A stretch of DNA of 64,000 bases from Ascoidea asiatica JCM 7603 (taxonomy: Eukaryota > Fungi > Ascomycota), in assembly GCA_001600695.1 (NCBI GenBank), contig BCKQ01000009.1:1-64000 (forward strand), given 5' to 3'. The notes beneath the pieces were generated by a model. It did no database searches, was not told the origin of the DNA, and saw only the letters and a program-made list of their open reading frames with translations. The translations under genes and the position numbers were made by a program. Position 1 is the first letter of the stretch. The number at the start of each line of letters is the position of its first letter. This document shows, piece after piece, positions 37,662-49,253 of this stretch.

Positions 37662-39800
37662 TAAATAGTACTTTTATGTAAATCATGAATTCTTTCATTT
37701 TCTGAAACATCATTATTATGGACTATTTTGACCATTATTATCAGCTTCTATTTGGGTGATGAAAAAAAAAAATTTTATTTAATTTGGTAATATTAGATTC
37801 CAAGTATTCCAAGTTTTCCAAGTTTTGATCAAAATTTGTAGAAGTATTATTCAGAATACGATTTATCAATATTATTATCCTGAATGAAAGTATGCTGTTT
37901 ATTACTTTTAATCAAAGGAATTATCATCTGAAACTTTGATTAAATCAAACAAAAAGAGTTCAATAGAAATGATTTATTAATTAATAATTGTCTTATAATT
38001 TAAAAGTTTGACTCAAATATTTTTTTTGAATCAAATTTTGAGAATCAATATGTACTAAAAAGATCAAGTAAATTTCCAATTATAGCAGTTTCTACATATT
38101 GAAGGTTTCACACAAGTAGAAACTAAATTGTACTTAGATAGTATGTCATCAGTTACTACTTTAACTCTATGATTTAAAATATTCACATTTCAATTTTTAT
38201 CTGTAACAACATCATAAATACATCAATATTCTGTATGGCATTGAGTGTCCATTCCACAATCAGCAATAGAGCATGAACTACTTGCACCTCTACAAACACC
38301 CATATATTTTGGATCTGCAGTATCACCAATATGTCAAATATGTTCATATTTTTCTGCCAAACCTGGTGGCATTGATAAATGTAATCATTTTGTTGGTAAT
38401 AATTCACCAGGAGCTTCAAAGGCAACATTAGGAAGTCCATATGTTCTACCTAATAAAGAAGCAAACGAATCACCTAATCAATGTCCAGTTACCCCATATT
38501 GTATCTGGATTTGGATATAATTTAGTGACATTTGAAAATGTTTTTAAAGCTGCTGTATAATATCTATCTTCACGATATAATTTTTTTTCTGAACAAGATT
38601 GATCACAGCTAAAGGAGCATCTGAAATAATCTCATGCAATGCTCCATAAATAGCTTATTCTTGCACAGCAGCAGGTGAGTGATACTGTATATTATCATTC
38701 ATTTTATGGTTTGGGATAGTATCTGGTGAACCAAATATTGAATCTATAGAGTTTATAGCATTATCTGAATTAATTTGAATATCATTATTTTTCTGATTAT
38801 AAAAAGAATAGACCTGAAAACTTGTATCCTTTAAAGTAATTGCCATCGTAGAATTATTATCATCAACAAACACTTGACTTCTTAAACCATCATCCATCCA
38901 TCCAAAACCTTCATGATTATGAGTTTTATTATCATCATTCCAGCCAGGTTCAGAAATATTATACCAATAAAAAGTTTCATGAGGAAATTCAACATAAGCA
39001 TCTGCACACATTCGAGCTAATGTTAAATTTGTAGTTTTATCTGTTATATTTGAAACATTAATATGAATATCATTCCAGTTTAAATTCAATTGATTCTGTG
39101 TATTAATATCGGATAAATTTTGGTCATGAATTAAATCTAAATATTGAATAGGATTATAAGATAAATATTTAAAATTATTTGAATTATTTAGAACATTTTT
39201 TTCATTTTTTATAAAATCTTTTGAAATTAATTTTTTTATTTTATATTTATTGAAATTTTTTATTGGCAAAGTTATAGTCCAAGGAGAAAAATCTCGATAA
39301 AAAATCTGGCCAATGAAAAAGGACATTATCATTATTTTTATTTTTATTTTTATTTTTTTTTAATAAAATCATCAGTTAAATCTAATCTAAAGTGAAAAAA
39401 AACTATCTTTTTCTATACTATGATGAAAAACATTTCTAATTTTTAAGTAGTTAAAATTTATAAGATCCTTTTTTTTTAACTGGTAATATTAATATTCATT
39501 TCTTTTTCTAAATCTTTTTCTTCTTGATCAATACTATGTAGACTATCTAAAAAGGTAATGGAGGACCGTTAGTTATAATGGCCCATTTAAATAATAATTT
39601 AAAGATTTTAATATTGATTCAGATTTTTTTTCATAACAATTTGGTATGAATATTAAAAATGATAATGTAACTGTCAGAAATAGAATCAGAGAAATAAATG
39701 ATGTTTTTCTTCTCTTGAAAAGCTTTTATTGATTTGATTTGAAATTAGAATTATAGCTTGAGTCATCTTTTTTTTTTTAAAATAATTTTTGAATTATGGA
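37662..39800 (-). pseudogene. ATG15: ATG15 vacuolar lipase pseudogene (boundaries approximate)
   Basis: Across frames: TM-like SFISLILFLTVTLSFLIFIP, LARMCADAY, GFGWMDDGLR, CCARISYLWS, VTGH*LGDSFASLLGRTYGLPNVAFEAPGELLPTK*LHL, HI*HIGDTADPKYMGVCRGASSSCS, CIYDVV and CYNWKF. Several stops and frameshifts. Confidence 0.9.
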
Positions 39801-40226
39801 GAATAAAATATATTCGAGAATAAATTTATCTTCAATATAGTTTTTTGCATGCGTAACACGGTTGTCAACCATAATAAATTGCGCTTACAATATCACCTTA
39901 TTCATTATTGAGAAACAAAAATATCGAATTTGATATATTTATCAATTTCAGACTCCAATTCTACATTTTCCTTTTCTAATTAGCTACAAATGATAATAAA
40001 AATCAATTATCAAATGAAAATTTATATAATATATATATTATATATCAATTATAAAATGTGAAATATAAATAGAAAGGATAAACATAAAATATAAAATATG
40101 AACTATGAAATTTGAAATATATGAAAAAAAATAATGAAAGCTGGAATCTAAAATTTTGAAGAAAAAGTAAATATGTAAAAAATTAAACAGTTAAAAAGTG
40201 AAAGATAAAAAAGGTAAAAATATGTT

Positions 40227-41903
40227 TTAACCAAATAACATATCTAATATTCTATTAAATCTCGATACTTTTTTCTTATTTTCTGATTTTAATTCTGCAA
40301 AATATTCTGCTTCATGTTTTTCAATTTCTTCTAGTCCTGTTGTAAGATCTGCATCTTCTGGTTTAATAAATTTAGTTCTGAAAATCAATTTCCATCCAAT
40401 AAAAATTGCAATTGAAATAAATAACATAAGATAATCATATAAGAAATCTTTAACAACCCATCCTCCTGGTAAAAATGTTTGATATCCATAAACTATAACC
40501 ATTGAAAAAGTAAAAATCATACCAAAAATAGCTGTATATGGTTGGAAATATGAAAAATATGGTAATGTTTTACGATCAATACCTTGAGCTTTAGTTGCAC
40601 GATAAAATCCTAAATATGTTATACACATAAATGTATAATTTAAAACTTGTGCTCCACTGCATAAATCAACTAACCATGTAAAAACTGTTGATGCACTATC
40701 TCCTAATTGAAGTAATGATAATAACGAAAATAAAACTCCCATTCCAACACAATAAATTGGTACACCTTGTTTTGTACATTTACAAAAGATTTTTGGTGCA
40801 TATCCTTTTAATGCTAATCCATAAAGACATCTTGATGAACAATAAAGATATGAATTACCTGCTGAAAATGCAGATGTTAAACATAGTACATTAATAACAT
40901 GAGGTAAACCATTTATACCTAAATTTTCCATTGCAATAACATATGGAGAAACTGTTGCATTTCCACCAGATGTATTGTTAATTTTATCATTTAAATTAGT
41001 ATCATTTGCTGCAACTAAAATTCCAACACTTAAAGCTCCTCCAATATAAAAAATTATAAGACGATAAAAAAATGTTTTAAAAGCTCTTGGAATATTTTTT
41101 CTTGGATTAACAGTTTCACCAGCAATCATTGAAACATATTCACATCCAACAATTGTAAAAAGTGCTGTAAATATACCTCCCGCTAAGAATCCTTCAAATC
41201 TACCTAATGAACCTGTTGCAATATATTCTAAAAATGGTTCAGGTTTATTCCAATTCCTAAAACCAAATACATCATGTTTTGGATTTCCACCAACCATTGC
41301 AATAAATGTAAAAACTAATAAACCTGTTGCTAAAATTAATTTACCTAATGATAACCAAAATTCACTTTCACCATACCATCTAACTGCAAAAATATTCAAA
41401 ACAGCATAAATTACAATTTGTATGGCAAAAGTAATTGCAGGTGAATAATCATCTCTCCAAAAATGAATCATACCATTAACAGCAGTAATTTCGAAAGGAA
41501 TATAAATAGCTTCCATAATATAAAAATTATAACCAACAGCAGCTTCAAAAGCTGGATCAATAACTCTACCAGCCATTGAAATGAATGGAGAATCAACAGG
41601 TAAATATGAAACCATTTCTGCACATGAAGCTGTAACTAACATAAATACTCCACTCCAAACAAGAAATGAAAGAAATAAACCACCTGCTCCAGCTTTAATT
41701 AAACTAAAACCAAGATTAACAAATAATGCAGTTCCAATACTACCACCAATACTAATTAATTGAACATGTCTTGCTTCTAATCTTCTTTTTGTATGACTTG
41801 TTCTAATATCAATATCAATTACTTCCCCTTCAGAAGATGAAATAGCATCTTCATTATTATCTTTAACCCCAAGGGCATAAGCTTCTTTTGAAATTTCTGA
41901 CAT
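40227..41903 (-). CDS. AGP2: Yeast amino-acid transporter (YAT/APC) family permease, Agp2-like
   Basis: RHVQLISIGGSIGTALF, IPFEITAVN..IHFWRDDYS and YGESEFWL; about 12 TM segments. Orthology versus paralogy to AGP2 is uncertain. Confidence 0.78.
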   Translation of the reverse strand: MSEISKEAYALGVKDNNEDAISSSEGEVIDIDIRTSHTKRRLEARHVQLISIGGSIGTALFVNLGFSLIKAGAGGLFLSFLVWSGVFMLVTASCAEMVSYLPVDSPFISMAGRVIDPAFEAAVGYNFYIMEAIYIPFEITAVNGMIHFWRDDYSPAITFAIQIVIYAVLNIFAVRWYGESEFWLSLGKLILATGLLVFTFIAMVGGNPKHDVFGFRNWNKPEPFLEYIATGSLGRFEGFLAGGIFTALFTIVGCEYVSMIAGETVNPRKNIPRAFKTFFYRLIIFYIGGALSVGILVAANDTNLNDKINNTSGGNATVSPYVIAMENLGINGLPHVINVLCLTSAFSAGNSYLYCSSRCLYGLALKGYAPKIFCKCTKQGVPIYCVGMGVLFSLLSLLQLGDSASTVFTWLVDLCSGAQVLNYTFMCITYLGFYRATKAQGIDRKTLPYFSYFQPYTAIFGMIFTFSMVIVYGYQTFLPGGWVVKDFLYDYLMLFISIAIFIGWKLIFRTKFIKPEDADLTTGLEEIEKHEAEYFAELKSENKKKVSRFNRILDMLFG

Positions 41904-42762
41904 ATTTATTAAACTTATTTTCTTTTTTATTTATTGATAATATTAATAACAAATGATATAAATATGAATTATGTGAAAATAAAAGAATACTAAAGAAATA
42001 TGATATTAAAAAAATATAATAATAAAAATTAGGATATTAAAAACATATAGGAATTTAGAATCATTTTATATTCCCATGAATAATTATTCTAATCATTTAT
42101 CATTATTATTATTATCATTATTATTATCATTTGAATAAATTTTTATCAAAGGCATATCATACGTAATCTAATTTTTTGATTAAAAAATAAAGTAATTGAT
42201 AGTATTCGGGTATGTAAACTCAGATTGGCAAAGAATAGTAAATACAACAACGTTAATCAATCTGTATATCATTTAGTAGTAATACTGAAGTGTATATTAA
42301 AATAATTGTAATGTTGATAGTACATCCTCTTTTTCTACACAGAATATTTGTTTAACCTAAAATTCAATTTGAGTAGTTGCATCAAAGATAAACATTAAAA
42401 TGAGATGAAATTTATTGAATAGAAAATATTTGAAAAGAAATTGAAAAGAATTGAAATATTTTCAAATATCTTGATATATTTCAATGTATTTTTTCAATAT
42501 TTTTCATAAGGTTTCATATTTTCATATCTTCATTTGACATGTTACAGGATATGTTTTTACTGTTTTTATGTATGTTCGTTATATTGTTTTGTTTGCACGG
42601 GTATTTTCCATAGTAATATGAGCATAAATAGAATAAGCGTCGATAACAAAGTTTGTTTCAACGGTGCTGCGATAAGAATTTGACGTTCTTATCGGCTGCC
42701 AATCAGTGGAAATCTGTGCGCCAATCAACCGAGCTGGAGCAGTAAACACAAAAGAAACAACG

Positions 42763-42812
42763 TCTTCTTCTTCTTCTTCTTCTTCTTCTTCTTCCTCCTC
42801 CTCCTCCTCCTC
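42763..42812. repeat. (TCT)n(CCT)n microsatellite
   Basis: Direct reading of the trinucleotide run. Confidence 0.85.
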
Positions 42813-45084
42813 ACATTTATTCATACTCATATCCTCATCATCACCAACTTCTTTGTCTTTTTCTTCTTTAATCTCACTGGTCTTTCAAAGTAATCAGCCT
42901 AATGTCTAAGGAAAGTCTTAATAATTAGTTATTAATTCAGAATGTAATTTTCTATTCGGAATATTCAAAGACATTTTGAAAACATGAAATGTTTCTCACC
43001 GTTGAATTTGAAAATCTATTATCCAAGATTATTGATGATTCGTATTACTAGTAGAAATTTCGATAGTGGTAGAAATAAGGTAAATTACTTTAATTTTGAA
43101 ATCAAAATAAATTTTAATTATTTATCTATTAAATTATTCAGTTAATCGAATGAATTTAAAATTATTGTGCTAATTTATTACTGTACGGTAATTTAATAAT
43201 ACTTAAAAAATATTTAAGTAATACTTTGATAGTACTTTGAAGAAATCTGATAGGCAATCTAATTATTTAATTTGAAAGCTAAAATTAAACTCAAAATTGA
43301 GTAAAAAAAAAATGTCTTAAATGTTGAAAAAAGTGTACCCTTTTTTTTCAATCTAAAAATATGGACGGCTACATAGTTTATGAGAAAAAGAATGTAAGAT
43401 TAGTATACTTGATGCAATATGCTTCTATGAATTAATTCTATTTCTCCAGAATAAAAATAATAATCAAAATGAATCTACTAACGTATAAAAATTTGAGTTT
43501 ATCAAATTATCCGAATTGGTCTTAAATTCTTAAATTTCATTAAAAAAAATCTAAGACCCTTAATAGAATCTCATACTATTGACAGTTTATTGAATCATTT
43601 CTGTTTGTAAAATGAGTATTTTTGAAACAAAAACTGGAAGAAGGAAATGAAAAGTACAAAATCATCAATAGATCTTAAATTCTATCCATTTATTTAAAAT
43701 AATATTTCTTAGAGTAACCTCTAATCAAATGGCAATAGCTTCATACTACGATCCATAGAAAATCATTTTTTCGTGGAGTAAAATTCATAATTTAAATAAA
43801 ACATTATGCCTTGTGAGAATTAGATATAATTGATATAATAGCCAATCATACTGACTTTCATATTGATTATCAAACAGATTAATATTATCTATTCATAATT
43901 ACCATAATTTTGGAAAATTAGCAGTTGGTTCAAAGTCAATAGCTCTTTGTACTTTTTTTCAAAATAAAAATATTCTAAAATCTCAAAGCTACTCCTTGAT
44001 CAATAAAATAAACTAAAATATGCATAATTAAAAAAGTCAAGTGGTAGCTGTTAGCTTCCAATTGAAAGAAAGTGAATATCAAGAATGAGACTAGTTCAAT
44101 AGCTTGAAAGACAAAATAAAATAATATTCTAAATTCAAAGAAACCATAACAGGCAGTATTAAGAACCATAAACACCATTTACGATATCTTGAAATAACGT
44201 TAGCCTATGATTTTAGCTTGGGCTCACAGAAGTGGTTGATTTTCAACCCAAGCTTTTGGGTTCACAGCAACTTTGATAATTCTGCGTGGCTGTGAAACAA
44301 GGAATATTTTCCTTTTTCAGTAAACTGCTTGTTACCCGCTCCACTGCAGTCGATCCGATAAAGCACTTTTCCGAAAGCCCAACGGACCGCACGATTTGAG
44401 ATAAAAACTAATTACCCGGTGATTTGTTTTGAACTACATTTAATTCAATTGAATTGAATTTGTGTTCTTAAAAGTATTGAAATATTTCAGATACGTAAAT
44501 TGAAGTAAAACTCAGAAGAAATACCATTTGAATCAAAGTTATTCTTGATTACAAAATAATCTTTTCTTCAAATCAATTGTTCTTTTATGGAACCAGTGGT
44601 CCTCCATTTACAAATGGTATTTGACCATATGATCAAAGGCATTGAACAACATTTTCAATTACTTTTCTAATTTTGGTTATTTTTTTAACATTTTCAATAT
44701 TTTCAATATTTTTAGTTTTTTTTTAAAAACTTACTTGATGCATTACTAGGAGGTTATAACTATTTTACAAAATTTTAGTAACTGTTTATCTAGTCTTAAA
44801 TAAATTAGGTTTGAGTAGCGTTTTCTAAATATTTTCTTTCTCTTTTGAATATTATAGAACAATTTTCAAACTTTAAGCATAAATAATTAAAATTAAATTC
44901 AACCGTTATTCTATCACAATATTTTATAATATGAAATACTACATAGTATATCATCTTGAATTATTATTTTTTTCATATACGAGCATTAGTTTTTCATGTA
45001 TTGTAATCATAATAACCTACAGGATATATAGGTATATATATATATAAAGTATATATACAGTATATCTATCTATATCTGTTTATA

Positions 45085-46189
45085 TCAATTAGAGTCAGTA
45101 AATTCATATGAACCCATTGGAAAGAAACCACCGGAGCTTTAAAGAAAAATATGTTAGTATTATTAATTCAATTGAATTGAAGATTGATTTATTTTTTAAT
45201 GAATTTTTTAATGAATTTTGTAAAAAATATACATACTTTGAATGTCTTGAGAAATAATCAAAATCTATACTTATAGCATTTGCTAAAATTACAGCTTTTT
45301 CATCAAAAGATAAAGATTGATTTGAAATATTTGAATAATTATTATAATCATTATCAGGTAAATTATAAAAAGCAGAAGGATCCATTCTTAACATATAAAC
45401 TCCAGTATCAGTAAATAATTCTCTACCTAAACCTACCCAATTTCTATCTACAGAACCAATAATTTGATTTGATTCATTTTTAATTTGAAAATCAAAAGAT
45501 AAAAAAGGTGCATCAATTGCACCAAATTGTGTATAAAAATCTGAATTTGAATCTTTATTATCAGAAAGAAATAAATTATAACGTCTTCTCCAAAAATGAA
45601 AACTTTGAATAGTTTCACCAATAATTATATTATTATTTGGTAAAATTGCTTTAATATGAGAATTTATAAAAGAAAATGGTCTTTTAATTGTTAATAATAA
45701 ATTATTATTAATATCAAATATATCAACAATAAAAGGTCTATGAAGTCTAAAAATTTGTCTTTGAATTGTATTTATAATTCCTGGATCTCTTTCAGCAATT
45801 GAACCAATTAGACCACCAGAAGCATTTTGAATTATATAACGATTTGCTTGTTCAAAACCCAAGAAAATATTCATCATTTCCATATTTCTTGAAATTACAA
45901 GAGTTGGTTCTGCTAAAATTGAAGCTATACCATCATAATAATTTATAACACTATTAGAATTATTCTTATGATTATGATTATTATTTGAAATATTTTCAGA
46001 AGGATAAAATGATAAATTATCAATATTATTATGTTTTAATTGATCTTTATAAGGTTTTTTATAAAATTTTTTAGGGGTGGATTTATAATTCGGAAGAGGA
46101 GAATAAAATCTTTTTGAAAGTAAAGAAAAATTTATTTGTCTTTTTAAAAAAATCTTAAAGGAATTCGAATTATACATGAAGATAATCAA
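45085..46189 (-). CDS. AIM25: Mitochondrial scramblase-family protein; two exons complement(join(45085..45136,45237..46189)), start codon uncertain (likely the ATG at 46177)
   Basis: MEMMNIFLGFEQANRY, RLHRPF, WVGLGRELFTDTGVY and SIDFDYFSRHS. Splicing gives the C-terminus FSRHSNSGGFFPMGSYEFTDSN*, resembling the Aim25 GGF tail. Confidence 0.9.
45137..45236 (-). other. 3'-located spliceosomal intron of AIM25 (100 nt, GTATGT...TACTAAC...AAG)
   Basis: Canonical GTATGT (45236) and TACTAAC (45159-45153). The first AG after the branch point is AAG. Confidence 0.88.
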
Positions 46190-47347
46190 AAAAAAAAAAT
46201 ATGCAAATTGAAAAAACTGGTATATACGAATATACTGAATAATAATGGGAAATAGAAAATATTAAATCTTTTATTTGAAAAGAATTTGGTATATGAGAAT
46301 AAAAGGGTGTAACCTTAAAGGAATTAAACTTTAGATGAATTTGAAATAAAACCAGATCAGATAAACAGAAGTATCACAGGATAAAGAAAGTGAATAAATT
46401 GAATAGAGAGAATTGAATAAACTTGATTTATTTGGATCTATTCTCTAAAATGATGAAAAAAATACGTCTGTTGCGATAAGCTGATACCCTCAGTAGGGTG
46501 GTGGCACTGCAGCTCAGGTGTGCTTACATAATACCGGCAGTATGTGGCAAAGTAGATCCCACCAAAGTGGTCTCGATAGCAACAGAGCCAATCGGGAAAA
46601 AGGCAGAGCCAGGCACATGATGCGACACCTTCGAGCCCAGCGAGTCAGCTGACCGGCCCGTGAGGCGTGAAGCATCGAGAGAGTCTGTGAAATCGAGACG
46701 GTTGTCTGAGATCCAAAACGGTGCAAAAGACGACTACGGGAATAGCTGAGTTTGAGTCATTCCCCTTGGCAGTGAAACTATGATGGTGCTTACACTAAGC
46801 TCTGGCTTACTTAAGCTGTTTTGAATAAGTGTGGTACCCCTCTTATACATCAGTCTCCTTTATTTTTGATCACAAGACTTTGAGAACTATTCCAAGACTT
46901 TTCTGACTTTTCTGACTTTTCACAACTTTTCACAACTTTTCTCAGACATTCAACAAAAAATCGATAACCGAATTTTGTTCGTTGAAAAATCGAATAATTT
47001 GCAGATGAATGAAAATATTTAAAAATTCCTAGATTCAAATCTTAATTTTTCTATATTCTCTTCCAAATCACTTATCACTTCCATTTCAAGCTCTCTTTTT
47101 CCATAAGTAAAGTCAATAAGCATAATAATTTTAATAGTGAAAATAAATTCAATCACAATCACAATCATATTCATCATACTACTACAAAAAATACCACATT
47201 TACTTTAATTTCCAATTGGTTCAACATACTTTTAGTCATAAATTTTTTATATATTATTATATTATAATATATTAAATATTCAGTTTTCATTATATCTATA
47301 TATTCATATATATATATATATATATATATCTAGTATATATTAAGTAA

Positions 47348-48595
47348 ATGACAATAAATTTCAAAACTTATAATTCTTTATCTATATTCAAAAAATTCAA
47401 TTCATATTATTATAAATCAATTTTCTTAAAAATGTCTTCTCATGAAATTGCAACTCAAAGATTAGCTCAAATTGGTAATATTTTATCACCAAATAAAAAT
47501 TTTTCATCATCTTCAACATCTCCAATTAAACCTTTTAAAATTACTGTTATTGGTTCTGGTAATTGGGGTACTACAATTGCAAAAGTTTTAGCTGAAAATG
47601 CTGCTCTTAGACCACATTTATTTCAAAGAAAAGTTAATATGTGGGTTTATGAAGAAAAAATTAATGGAAAAAATTTAACAGAGATAATTAATAATGATAA
47701 TGAAAATGTTAAATATTTACCTGGTATAAAATTACCAAAAAATTTATTTGCAGAACCTGATATTGTAAAAGCTGTTAATGATGTTGATTTATTAGTTTTT
47801 AATATACCTCATCAATTTCTTGCAAGAATTTGTAAACAATTAAAAGGTAAAGTTCCAAAAAAAGCAAGAGCAATTTCTTGTTTAAAAGGTTTAGATGTAA
47901 CCCCAGATGGTTGTAATTTATTATCAACTTATATAACTCAAAATTTAGGTATATATTGTGGTGCATTATCTGGTGCAAATTTAGCTCCAGAAGTTGCAAA
48001 ACAAAAATGGTCTGAAACAACTGTTGCTTATGATTTACCACAAGATTTTAGAGGTCCTGGTAAAGATATTGATCAAATTGTTTTAAAACAAGCTTTTCAT
48101 AGACCTTATTTTCATGTTAGAGTTATAAATGATGTTGCTGGCGTTTCAATTGCTGGTGCTTTAAAAAATATTGTTGCTTTATCTGTTGGTTTTGTTGAAG
48201 GTTTAGGTTGGGGTGATAATGCTAAAGCTGCAATTATGAGAGTTGGTTTAATGGAAATTGTTAAATTTGGTAAAATATTTTTTCCTGATTCAAATCCAGA
48301 TACTTTTACAGTTGAATCTGCAGGTGTTGCAGATTTAATTACAACTTGTTCAGGTGGTAGAAATGTTAAAGTTGGTAGATATATGGCAAAAACTGGTAAA
48401 AGTGCTTTAGAAGTTGAAAAGGAATTATTAAATGGTCAATCTGCTCAAGGAATAATCACCGCTAAAGAAGTACATGAATTATTAAAAAATAAAAATAAAA
48501 CTTCAGAATTTCCTCTTTTTGAAGCTACTTATCAAATAGTTTATGGAACTGAATCAATGGAAAGTCTTCCTGAACTACTAGAACAACTTGAATAA
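47348..48595 (+). CDS. GPD1: NAD-dependent glycerol-3-phosphate dehydrogenase
   Basis: GSGNWGT, ENVKYLPG, GALKN and DLITTC..GRN. Second in-frame ATG at 47432. Confidence 0.95.
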   Translation: MTINFKTYNSLSIFKKFNSYYYKSIFLKMSSHEIATQRLAQIGNILSPNKNFSSSSTSPIKPFKITVIGSGNWGTTIAKVLAENAALRPHLFQRKVNMWVYEEKINGKNLTEIINNDNENVKYLPGIKLPKNLFAEPDIVKAVNDVDLLVFNIPHQFLARICKQLKGKVPKKARAISCLKGLDVTPDGCNLLSTYITQNLGIYCGALSGANLAPEVAKQKWSETTVAYDLPQDFRGPGKDIDQIVLKQAFHRPYFHVRVINDVAGVSIAGALKNIVALSVGFVEGLGWGDNAKAAIMRVGLMEIVKFGKIFFPDSNPDTFTVESAGVADLITTCSGGRNVKVGRYMAKTGKSALEVEKELLNGQSAQGIITAKEVHELLKNKNKTSEFPLFEATYQIVYGTESMESLPELLEQLE

Positions 48596-49253
48596 GTATA
48601 TTCAACCAACATAATCTCATTCTAAAATCAATTTTATCTTCTATACAGTATATAATCTTCATTCTTTAATATTCTTTTAATATTACTCTATTCTTTAATC
48701 ATTATTTAATTTTTATTTGTAAATCTCATATAATAACTTTGAGGTGGTCCCGTGTATCAGGTCTCATTTACTCACATGTTCCAGTACTAATTATTTTCCA
48801 CGCGTTATTCCTTGCTTGTTTACTTTTTTGTCTTTTGCTTCACTGCTTCACTGCTTCATCCAAATGATAATGCTCCTGCTAATCTTAATACTGCAATGTG
48901 ATTTCAGATTCTTGATTTCTTATTTCTGATTTCACAGTCCTCAAACTTGATTTTATTCAAATTCAGATATAAAAACAATTACTTCAATCACAATCACAAT
49001 CTCAGTAGTATTAATCATCCACTCTATACTTTCTTTTAAAAACAATCAATCAGGTTATCAAAAGTAATAACTTCATAACTGACTTCTAATTAATCTACTT
49101 TAATCATTCACTATTCACTTATGATTCTTTTTTTTATTCTATAACATCTCTATTTTTCAATATTAAATTCTCTTTAATCAATCTTTATGTCAAAATTAAA
49201 ATAAATATAGAATATATAATATATAATATATATCTTAGAGAGATTAATAAAAT

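Noticed and set aside
38183-38520. TGA recoding (Trp/Sec readthrough) in ATG15
   Set aside because: The TGAs replace different residues (Ser, Arg, Trp), frameshifts co-occur, and TGA is a normal stop in BCY1, the myosin, MPS1 and KAR2.
46450-46485. C/D snoRNA (ATGATGA...CTGA)
   Set aside because: Only about 36 nt with no terminal stem; more likely promoter motifs.
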